From positions 2,467 to 66,466 of IMG/VR virus record IMGVR_UViG_2513237120_000001: a stretch of DNA of 64,000 nucleotides, one strand, 5' to 3'. This stretch comes from a virus. Lineage: Duplodnaviria; Caudoviricetes. A program made the position numbers and the translations under genes. Under the pieces are notes generated by a model, which ran no database searches, was not told where the DNA came from, and saw nothing but the letters and a program-made list of their open reading frames with translations. This document shows positions 57,340 to 64,000 of this stretch, one piece after another. Each line of letters starts with the position of its first letter. Position 1 is the stretch's first letter.

Positions 57340-57420
57340 CGAACGAACGAACGCCTGGTAGGGGGTCTGGCCTGCACGAACACGAGCAGGTCCCCCACGT
57401 TCGGCGTGTTCGTTCGTTCG
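57340..57420. repeat. Long inverted repeat with tandem GAAC/GTTC units
   Basis: CGAACGAACGAACGCC ... GGCGTGTTCGTTCGTTCG with inner GGGGG..CCTGC/GCAGG.CCCCC pairing. Confidence 0.7.
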
Positions 57421-57428
57421 GATGCAGG

Positions 57429-57647
57429 TCACTGGGTCCGCCTCCCCACGGCGGCCCGCACCCACACGGCCCCTCGGAGCAGCAGCGCCCCGACGAGCAC
57501 GACGGTCGGCAGCGCGGCCACCGCCGCGTCGACGAAGGCGAAGATCAGGCCCGCGAACCCGGCAACGGGAACCGCGACCCCGAACACGATCAAGGGCACT
57601 CGACTCGGGTGGGCAACGGGCCGCGGCGTGCGGACTGGCGCGGTCAT
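57429..57647 (-). CDS. Small two-TM (Spd/mobile element transfer-like) protein
   Basis: VPLIVFGVAVPVAGFAGLIFAFV...LPTVVLVGALLL; ATGA coupling. Confidence 0.65.
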   Translation of the reverse strand: MTAPVRTPRPVAHPSRVPLIVFGVAVPVAGFAGLIFAFVDAAVAALPTVVLVGALLLRGAVWVRAAVGRRTQ

Positions 57648-59002
57648 GAGGACACCTCCCGTCCGGCGCGGATGGCCTCAGCGCGGGCGGACAGTTCGTC
57701 GACGCGTTCAGGGTTGGACTGCATCCACGAGTGGATCGCGGACTTCTTCCGGACACCGCTCACAGCCGCCTCGATGGCGCGGGCGCCCGGACGCTTCCCG
57801 GTGTCCGACCACAGCTGGACGATTGCTTCCTCAACGGCGGTGAAGTCCCCGGACGGGCGCGGCTTGGCGGGCGAGGGCTTCGCGGGCGCCTGCTTGGACG
57901 GACGCGCCTTCGGCGCGGACTCGATCGCTGGGGCGGGCTTGGACGCCGGACGCGGCTTGGCGGCAGGAGGCGGCTCGGCAGGTTTGCGCCGGAACGAGAG
58001 GCGGAACCGCCGGACAGGACGCTTCGCGGCCTTCACCGCATTGGCGGCAGCAGCCTGGGCGCGCTCGGCTTCCCAGGCGGCCAACTGGGCACTGTCAAGG
58101 GCGGACTCCAGGGCGGCCTGTGCCGCCTTCGCGGAGGCCATCGCCGAGCTGCGCATGGCGGCAACCTCGGTCCTTGCCAGGAGCCTGGCGGCACCAGAGC
58201 CGACACGGTCCCTGACGTCGAGGGACCAGGCCCGCCATGTCGACCGGGGGTAGCGGATCCACCGGCGCACCCCGAACCGCTCCGGCGGGTCCGGGATGAG
58301 TCCGAGTTTGCGGAGCGCGTCGCGGTGCTTGGCGCCGGAGCGGACCTCCCACACGATGATCGCCGCGAGAGAGGACGCGCCGAGGACTGAGGCCATGACC
58401 AGGTCGTCGCGGTGTGCGACGAAGTTGATCGCGGAGGCGAACCCTGCGGCGATCCACGTCATCGCCGCGGGAACCAGGGCGCGCTCGCCCTTCAGCCGCA
58501 ACTGGTGCGCGGTAAGCGCCATCGACAGCGCCAGGCCCTCCAGGAACACGGCCATGCCGATCCCGAAGATGATGGGCCAGCCGCGCTCGGTCGCCATGCT
58601 GATCTGCCCGTACACGGCCACATACAGGGCCATGGCGTAAATCCCGGATGAGTAGACCGCCGGGGCGTTCCCGGCGACGAACACGTAGACGCGCGTCGCG
58701 GCGGCCCTGGCGCGCTCGGTCCGCGCCTGACGGCGGGCGCGGCGCCGCTCAGCACGGCGGGCACGCTTAGCCTCGCGGTCCGCGGCCTTGGCTTCGCGCT
58801 CGATGCGCTCGATCTCGGCCTCACGGTGGCGCAACTCGATCGCGGACTCACGTTCACGGAGCCGCCGGGCGGACTCGGCATCACGCTCGGCGATGCGCGC
58901 CTCGGCCGCGCCGGTCCTCCGGGTGACCTTCGCGGCGGCCTTCGACTCGGCCTCGTGGGGCTGACGTTGTCCCGGGGGCGCTTGTACAGTGGTGGCATCC
59001 AT
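57644..59002 (-). CDS. SpdB/DUF2637-like multi-TM spread protein with C-terminal HTH
   Basis: Four TMs (AVYGQISMA...AVFLEGLAL...ASAINFVAH), RFGVRRWIRYPRSTWRAW, Pro-rich linker, RPGARAIEAAVSG. Confidence 0.7.
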   Translation of the reverse strand: MDATTVQAPPGQRQPHEAESKAAAKVTRRTGAAEARIAERDAESARRLRERESAIELRHREAEIERIEREAKAADREAKRARRAERRRARRQARTERARAAATRVYVFVAGNAPAVYSSGIYAMALYVAVYGQISMATERGWPIIFGIGMAVFLEGLALSMALTAHQLRLKGERALVPAAMTWIAAGFASAINFVAHRDDLVMASVLGASSLAAIIVWEVRSGAKHRDALRKLGLIPDPPERFGVRRWIRYPRSTWRAWSLDVRDRVGSGAARLLARTEVAAMRSSAMASAKAAQAALESALDSAQLAAWEAERAQAAAANAVKAAKRPVRRFRLSFRRKPAEPPPAAKPRPASKPAPAIESAPKARPSKQAPAKPSPAKPRPSGDFTAVEEAIVQLWSDTGKRPGARAIEAAVSGVRKKSAIHSWMQSNPERVDELSARAEAIRAGREVSS

Positions 59003-59092
59003 CGTCTGGTCCAGTCCATTCGGTGGCTAGAGAGCCTCGTCGGGTAGCGGCCCGCCGGGGCTTTCGTCGTTTCTGGGAGTCGTACTGTCCCT

Positions 59093-59121
59093 ATAGTATG
59101 TCTCACTGTGAGACATCGCTA
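59093..59121 (-). promoter_or_regulatory. Putative promoter/operator of the transfer operon
   Basis: -10 TACTAT (59098-59093); palindrome ATGTCTCAC-T-GTGAGACAT (59098-59116) in the spacer; -35 weak. Confidence 0.55.
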
Positions 59122-59284
59122 GGGGTGGGGCTGCACGGGTTCTTCTCCGTCGGGTTCCGGACACGCGAAAGGCCCCGCCGGAGCGGGGCCTGTGGCTGGC
59201 CGGCCTGCGACAACCAGGAGACCAGCCGTGGTCAGCCTACGCGGCCGGACTATCCCCGGCGGGGAGGCGGGGCCGGGTGTCGGC

Positions 59285-59824
59285 TCAGGTAGCGGCGTAG
59301 TAGTCGCCGCAAGCAGCGATCGCGGCCATGATCGGGTCGTCCCGGTAGCCGCTGTAGCCCTGGATCAGGCCGACGAGCCGCTGACCGTCGTCGGTGTACC
59401 GGTAGGCGGCCAGCGGCCCGTCCGGGTCGGTGGCGGACCGGAGGTCGAGGAGCCCGATGGCGAGGTCGGCGACGCCCTCGGGGATGCTCCGGATCTGCCC
59501 GGCCGGAGTGATGAGGACCCGGTCTCCCCGGTAGCCCCAGCCGGTGATCGTGACCGGGGCGTCGTCGCGGCCTTCGGCCTCGGCGAGCGCGTCGTACAGG
59601 GCCTGGCCGGTCGGCATCCCGGACGCGTCGGTCTCGGTGAATTTGCGGCCGCGGAGCTCGTAGTACCCGTCGCCGGGGATGGTGGGGACGTACGGGCGCA
59701 GGGCGTCGGCGTTCCAGATGGCGGCTCGGTTGCCGATGATGGTGCGCCCGCCGTCGCGGGCGACGGTCACGAGCCGGTAGTTCGCGGGGAACATTTCGGC
59801 CCAGGCGGTGGTTTTGACGGTCAT
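59285..59824 (-). CDS. Orphan protein (third gene of the P2 operon)
   Basis: RBS GAAAGGACA; globular composition. Confidence 0.65.
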   Translation of the reverse strand: MTVKTTAWAEMFPANYRLVTVARDGGRTIIGNRAAIWNADALRPYVPTIPGDGYYELRGRKFTETDASGMPTGQALYDALAEAEGRDDAPVTITGWGYRGDRVLITPAGQIRSIPEGVADLAIGLLDLRSATDPDGPLAAYRYTDDGQRLVGLIQGYSGYRDDPIMAAIAACGDYYAAT

Positions 59825-59876
59825 GTCGGTGTCCTTTCTGGTGTGGTGCCCCCGGCCGGAGCCGGGGCCGGAGTGG

Positions 59877-60212
59877 CTAGCGGTTGTAGCAGGTGTCGCA
59901 GGTGTAGAACTCGAACACCGCGGCACTACCCTTGCGGAGCCCGGCGAAGAAGTCGTTCGCGTAGGAGACCAGCTGGGCGGCGGTGCGCGGCCAGTCGCCG
60001 TCCTGCACGATCTCGGGGAACGCGTCGATGAAGTGGTCGTCGAGGTAGCCGCGGGCGATGTTGCGGACGTCGCGCTCGTGCCGGCAGACAGCTCGGGTCG
60101 TGTGGCGGGCCTGGGCGGCGTCGACGCGGGGGCGGAGTTGGCAGGCGAGGTGGCGGCGGGCCCAGGCGAGGGCGGTGCGCTTGTCGGTGGGGGCCTTGGT
60201 CGTGGCTACCAT
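59877..60212 (-). CDS. Orphan protein (second gene of the P2 operon)
   Basis: RBS CAGGAG; ends CDTC. Confidence 0.65.
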   Translation of the reverse strand: MVATTKAPTDKRTALAWARRHLACQLRPRVDAAQARHTTRAVCRHERDVRNIARGYLDDHFIDAFPEIVQDGDWPRTAAQLVSYANDFFAGLRKGSAAVFEFYTCDTCYNR

Positions 60213-60307
60213 GGGGTTCTCCTGTTCTAGCGGATGGGAGTGGGCGGTCCGGGGATGCTGTGGAGGTGATCCGGGCCGCCCGTGGTGTTCTGGCCGGGGG
60301 TGGTGGG

Positions 60308-60628
60308 TCAGTAGCCGACGCAGGAGGCGACCAGGCCGAGCTGGGCGGTGTGCTTGTCCCACTCGGCGTCGGTCAGGTGGACCTCGGAGGGGTCGATGCC
60401 GGCGATCGCCATCGTGTCGCGGGCCTTGAGGCGCTGCACCAGGGCTTTCAGGCCGGGCTTGGCGTATTTCGCGGGGCGGTCTTCGAGCGCGAGCGAGTAG
60501 TCGATGAAGATGGTGAGGAATTCCTCGGTGCGGTCGGCCTTGGGGGCGAACGCTTCGGCGCAGCGCTGGGAGGCGGCCTGGTACGCCTGGTAGGCGGTGG
60601 AGGTGGTCTTCCAAGTCTGGTAGCTCAT
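60308..60628 (-). CDS. Orphan protein (first gene of the P2 operon)
   Basis: RBS AAAGGAC; MSYQTWKTTST... Confidence 0.65.
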   Translation of the reverse strand: MSYQTWKTTSTAYQAYQAASQRCAEAFAPKADRTEEFLTIFIDYSLALEDRPAKYAKPGLKALVQRLKARDTMAIAGIDPSEVHLTDAEWDKHTAQLGLVASCVGY

Positions 60629-60682
60629 GGGTCCGAGTCCTTTACGGAGTGGCCGGGGCTGGTCCCCTTGCCTCATACCCCA

Positions 60683-60711
60683 ATGTTACACCCTAAATTA
60701 GGGTGTAGCAA
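60683..60711 (-). promoter_or_regulatory. Promoter P2 with a palindromic operator
   Basis: TTGCTA-17 nt-TAACAT; TACACCCTA-AAT-TAGGGTGTA (60687-60707). Confidence 0.8.
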
Positions 60712-60743
60712 GTCGAAGGGGTCACCCGAACGGATGAATCTCC

Positions 60744-61586
60744 CTAACGGCCATGGCGCGCCGCCGCCACCGTCATCGCCTGGTCCAACACCGGGTGCTC
60801 GGACCGGTACTTCCGGAGCGTCTTGGAGGACACGCCGGCGCGCCTCGCCGCCGCGACTATGGACATACCACCCTCGATCATGGCCGCGATCTCATCGAAC
60901 AAGACCGCATCGAACCCACGCCGGCGATACCGGTCGGCCGCGCACTCCATGGCCGCGGCCAACTCAGGATGCCGCTCAGCCTTCCGATAGATCCCCGCCT
61001 CAGATATCCCGAGCCGCTCCCGAGCCTCCTGGATGGAAGCACCGCCCTCCAGCAGCTCGATGGCGCGGTCGACGAGCAGATCGGAGATGTGAGTGTACTG
61101 CCGCGCCTCAGCTTCGACGATGTCCCGCAGGTACAGGGACAGCAGACGCTTGGCCTCCTCCAGGCGCTCATCTTCATGGAAGAGATGCAGCAGCTCGCCC
61201 GGTGAGATGCCGGTGTCGGCGTGGGCGTCCTCCTCACTGCCCACCGAGCGGCACAACGCGGCGAAGAAGTCGCCGACGCGCGCTGCCCGCTGCACACTGA
61301 TCGGAGCGCCCTCCAGCGCACAATGCAGCTCGGAGTCGATCAGGGCGGCGGCCATGACCGCCTGTGTCGTCACGCCGACCTCGGCGACGGCCGCATCGAA
61401 TGACCAGCCGCCGTTGATGATCGCGATGACCGCATCGCGCTGCTCGCGGGTGAGCCGCTTGCCGCGCTCGGCGGCGCCTTTCTCGGCGTTCGATCGCCGG
61501 CACCGGTAGCACCGGCCCCCGGACTGGTAGCCCGAGAGCGTCCCGCACAGCTCGGGCTTGGCCGCACAGACCGGGCCCTCGCTCAC
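60744..61586 (-). CDS. Zn-finger plus triple-HTH protein
   Basis: CGTLSGYQSGGRCYRC; three units of the form I..G.S...A....GVS..T...Y...HP.L; GTGA coupling to the Aca2-like gene. Confidence 0.65.
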   Translation of the reverse strand: MSEGPVCAAKPELCGTLSGYQSGGRCYRCRRSNAEKGAAERGKRLTREQRDAVIAIINGGWSFDAAVAEVGVTTQAVMAAALIDSELHCALEGAPISVQRAARVGDFFAALCRSVGSEEDAHADTGISPGELLHLFHEDERLEEAKRLLSLYLRDIVEAEARQYTHISDLLVDRAIELLEGGASIQEARERLGISEAGIYRKAERHPELAAAMECAADRYRRRGFDAVLFDEIAAMIEGGMSIVAAARRAGVSSKTLRKYRSEHPVLDQAMTVAAARHGR

Positions 61587-62032
61587 TGGGCGCGCCGCCC
61601 CTCAACCACGACTAGGCCCGGCACCTCTTGGGCCACGCGCATGAGGACCCGCCGATGCCAGGAGGCCGGCCAGCGCACCACGGTCCCGTCGTCGTGCACC
61701 CTGGCGGTGGTCTCCTCTCCTGGACGGTCGGCGTGGTAGTCCTCGTCGCTGTAGTAGGTGGCGACGGCGGGCTCGGGGGCATCCATGAGCGCGTCGACGT
61801 TCATACCGACGATCTGCGCGGTGACCTCCTCGAGCCGTTCGATCTCGAGCCGGATACGATCGGGGATCTTCGAGCGGCCCTCTTCCCAGTCGCGGATCGT
61901 GCGCGGGTTCACGTTCAGGCAGCGGGCCAGCCAGGGCCCGGAGACCCCGAGCCATTCGCGGACGGCCTTGAATTCGAGCCCGATCATGCGCTCGTTCTCG
62001 GGCATGCCGGGCGGGTCGGTGTAGTCGGTCAT
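61583..62032 (-). CDS. XRE-HTH protein, DUF1870/Aca2-YdiL-like (paralog 2)
   Basis: EFKAVREWLGVSGPWLARCLNVNPRTIRDWEEGRSKIPDRI...TYYSDEDY...WPASWHRRVLMRV. Confidence 0.75.
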   Translation of the reverse strand: MTDYTDPPGMPENERMIGLEFKAVREWLGVSGPWLARCLNVNPRTIRDWEEGRSKIPDRIRLEIERLEEVTAQIVGMNVDALMDAPEPAVATYYSDEDYHADRPGEETTARVHDDGTVVRWPASWHRRVLMRVAQEVPGLVVVEGRRAQ

Positions 62033-62084
62033 GGTGTCTCCAAACGGAAGGCCCCCGGTTCCCCGGGGGCCTCGCTATGGTCGG

Positions 62085-62294
62085 TTAGGCCTCGTGGGCG
62101 GTGAAGACCTCCTGGACGACGGCCCAGAACTCGTCGGGGGTGACGTTGTCGCGGTCTTCGAGCTTGAGGACCAGGGCCTCGCGGACGGTCTCGGGGAGTT
62201 CGTTGTCGCCGATGGCGGCGGTGAGCTCGTCGCGGATCTCTTCGCGGTTGAGGGTGGTGAAGTCGGTGATCTGGTCGCCTTCAGTGTTGATCAT
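62085..62294 (-). CDS. 69-aa highly acidic orphan (first gene of the P1 operon)
   Basis: RBS AAAGGAC; 18 Asp/Glu versus 5 Lys/Arg by manual count. Confidence 0.7.
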   Translation of the reverse strand: MINTEGDQITDFTTLNREEIRDELTAAIGDNELPETVREALVLKLEDRDNVTPDEFWAVVQEVFTAHEA

Positions 62295-62352
62295 GATCGA
62301 GTCCTTTTTCGATCGGTGGTCCGGGGCTGTTCCCCTTGACCTGATGAACTCC

Positions 62353-62381
62353 ACTCTACACCCTAATTTAGGGTGTGACAA
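62353..62381 (-). promoter_or_regulatory. Promoter P1 with a palindromic operator
   Basis: TTGTCA-17 nt-TAGAGT; ACACCCTA-ATT-TAGGGTGT (62358-62376). Confidence 0.8.
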
Positions 62382-62449
62382 GTCGGGAAGGGTTCGAATT
62401 CAAATGTTCACCCGAACGAGTGACACCGCCCAGCTAGCAGCACCTAACC

Positions 62450-62695
62450 TCACCAGCGCTCGGCACCCTCGGCGTAGATGACCGCTACCGCGTCCCACGC
62501 CAGCCACTCCACCCCGTCTTCATCACCGATGACGCAGATGCCCCACTTCTCGACGGCGGCGACCTCCGGCGGCGCGAACCCCTGCGACCGGATGTAGTCG
62601 GTGAACGCATCCCCGGTGTCGGTGGCCGTGTCGTACTCACCGATCAGCGCGTCGTTGCGTTCCCGGTCGCCGGTGACTCTCACCTGCTTAACCAT
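62450..62695 (-). CDS. Small acidic protein, putative immunity protein
   Basis: Start overlaps the toxin stop by 8 nt. Confidence 0.6.
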   Translation of the reverse strand: MVKQVRVTGDRERNDALIGEYDTATDTGDAFTDYIRSQGFAPPEVAAVEKWGICVIGDEDGVEWLAWDAVAVIYAEGAERW

Positions 62696-63428
62696 CAGTC
62701 AGTGCCTCCCCGGTGCCTGTGATGCGCCTGCGGTATCGGATCCGGTTCTCGCTGTCGTAGACCTTGATGTCCAGGACCGATCCCGGTTTGAGATAGTGCG
62801 CGGTGTTGTCCTTGCATCCCTGCCCCTTATAGTCGCACGGTTGGACGTTGAGGAACAGGCTCGCCTTGGTTTCCCCGGTGTGGAGCATGTCGGCGGCGGC
62901 GTTGCCCTCGATGTGTCCTTGAGCGGGTTTGGTGTGCCGCCATTCGGGTTTGACCTCGCCGGGCTTGAACTTCGTCTCCCCTGGTGTCGCCTTCAACGGC
63001 CGGTCGTTCTGCCGCCCCGTGGCGAAGAACAGGTTGCCCTCGGCGGTGCCGGCCTCCTCGTAGGGGCGGATGCCGGCCATGCCTTCGCGTGGGGGGATCG
63101 TCGAGGGGTCGCGTCGTAGTGGCTCGGCCGCTGGCGTCACCGGAGGCGGCCCCGGTGGAGCGCCGCCACCTCCACCACCCCGGAGTGCCTCGGCTTGCGC
63201 GAGCACGGTCTCGGCGTGGCCGATTGCCGTTTGGGCTGCCGCCTGCTGCTCCTCGATGGCGTCCACGATCGCGGCCGTGTCGCGGGCCTTCCCCTCGGCG
63301 CCGAGGCTCGTGAACCGGTCGCGGACCTCTCCGGCGGTGGTACGCGAGGCGGTGATACTGACTGCGGCTGCGCGGATCTGTTCGAGGGCGTCGCGGATCG
63401 CGGCGGTGAGGGTGTCGATTGAGGGCAC
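62688..63428 (-). CDS. Polymorphic toxin: helical N-terminal domain + Pro/Gly linker + SCP1.201/DddA-like cytidine deaminase
   Basis: GHIEGNAAADM...LFLNVQPCDYKGQGC...YLKPGSVLDI (HxE...PC..C); RBS GGAGGGAG before GTG 63428. Confidence 0.75.
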   Translation of the reverse strand: MPSIDTLTAAIRDALEQIRAAAVSITASRTTAGEVRDRFTSLGAEGKARDTAAIVDAIEEQQAAAQTAIGHAETVLAQAEALRGGGGGGAPPGPPPVTPAAEPLRRDPSTIPPREGMAGIRPYEEAGTAEGNLFFATGRQNDRPLKATPGETKFKPGEVKPEWRHTKPAQGHIEGNAAADMLHTGETKASLFLNVQPCDYKGQGCKDNTAHYLKPGSVLDIKVYDSENRIRYRRRITGTGEALTDG

Positions 63429-63523
63429 GGGGCTCCCTCCGTCAGGGGACGAGGGGGACGCTAAACGCCGTGGGGGTTGGTTGGTAGGGGTCTGTCGGAT
63501 GCCCGACAGTGCCTGCGCCCTGT

Positions 63524-64000
63524 CTACGACCGCTCGGCGCCTTCGGGCCAGACCACCGTCACCGGCACACCCCGCTCCTTCGCGGCCTTGACGGCGTCCG
63601 CTGTGCCGCCGGTCTTCCACTCCGGTGAGGGCTGGCCGTCCCAGACCGCGATCATGGCATCGACCTCGTCGAGCATCTGGGCGTTGGCGGCGTCGTAGGC
63701 GGCCATCGAGGACGACTCGGCGACGTACCGGACCTCGTCGGCGGCGTCAACGAGCGCGTCGAACACGGGCAGGTGGGCCTCGGAGACGCGGGTGTCGCGG
63801 TAGTCCGGGGCCGGGAGGAGCGCGACCAGGCGACCACCAGCGTCAAGCACGGCTTGGGCGAAGAGGCTGTCGGCGCCCTCGGCGAAACAGGAGTACCCCA
63901 CCAGGTGGTCATGGCCGGCGAGGAGCTTCTCGAGCTCGACCCGCACCAGCTCGCATGTCGCGGGGGTGAGGTTCATGTGGCCGGTAATGCCGATCCGCAC
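63524..64000 (-). CDS. SLOG/YspA-like nucleotide-binding protein (start at the window edge)
   Basis: RIGITGH...AEGADSLFA...ANAQMLD..DAMIAVWDG...GGTADAVKAA. Confidence 0.75.
   Translation of the reverse strand: MRIGITGHMNLTPATCELVRVELEKLLAGHDHLVGYSCFAEGADSLFAQAVLDAGGRLVALLPAPDYRDTRVSEAHLPVFDALVDAADEVRYVAESSSMAAYDAANAQMLDEVDAMIAVWDGQPSPEWKTGGTADAVKAAKERGVPVTVVWPEGAERS

Larger units (their letters stand above)
1..62400. mobile_element. Temperate siphovirus-type prophage; left end outside the window, right end uncertain
   Basis: Canonical order integrase-repressor-cro-xis-recombination-replication-terminase-portal-capsid-tail-tape measure-lysin-holin with many ATGA-coupled genes; att sites not identified. 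Confidence 0.9.

Noticed and set aside
53850-57843. 725-aa and 639-aa plus-strand ORFs
   Set aside because: Antisense shadows of the traB-like and spd-like genes
52829-59002. Calling the transfer operon a complete independent AICE
   Set aside because: No RepSA/Rep, excisionase or integrase follows the operon; a decayed or adjacent element cannot be fully excluded without the att sites
62388-62405. GGTTCGAATT as a tRNA 3' fragment marking attR
   Set aside because: No flanking T-stem or acceptor pairing, and the attL copy is outside the window so it cannot be compared
1-64000. CRISPR array, rRNA, canonical tRNA, IS element or reverse transcriptase/DGR
   Set aside because: No regularly spaced repeat-spacer units, rRNA or standard tRNA signatures, transposase or RT motifs seen by eye

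Overview
A nearly complete temperate siphovirus-type prophage of a high-GC actinobacterium, identified by reading the sequence only (no database searches run). Left to right: truncated tyrosine integrase, repressor/Cro switch and excisionase (1-2.5 kb); a long rightward early region with RecE-like and annealing proteins, WhiB, HNH, RusA-like resolvase, replication initiator, primase-helicase, Dam-like methyltransferase and many small orphans (2.8-25.7 kb); terminase, portal, MuF-like protein, protease/scaffold and Mu-like major capsid (25.7-34.2 kb); an antisense HNH gene and a three-enzyme glycosylation/methylation cassette inside the head operon (34.1-37.5 kb); tail genes with a -1 frameshift, tape measure and lysis cassette (37.5-51.3 kb). 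The right arm (52.8-64 kb) is leftward and the most unusual part: (i) a TraB/FtsK plus Spd-like conjugative transfer operon with no AICE rep/xis/int beside it; (ii) two strong promoters that share a palindromic operator and a conserved double-hairpin 5' leader, driving small orphan or acidic genes and an Aca2/DUF1870-like regulator, which resembles an anti-defence regulon; (iii) a DddA/SCP1.201-like deaminase toxin with an atypical putative immunity gene. attL lies outside the window and attR could not be located, so the right boundary is uncertain.
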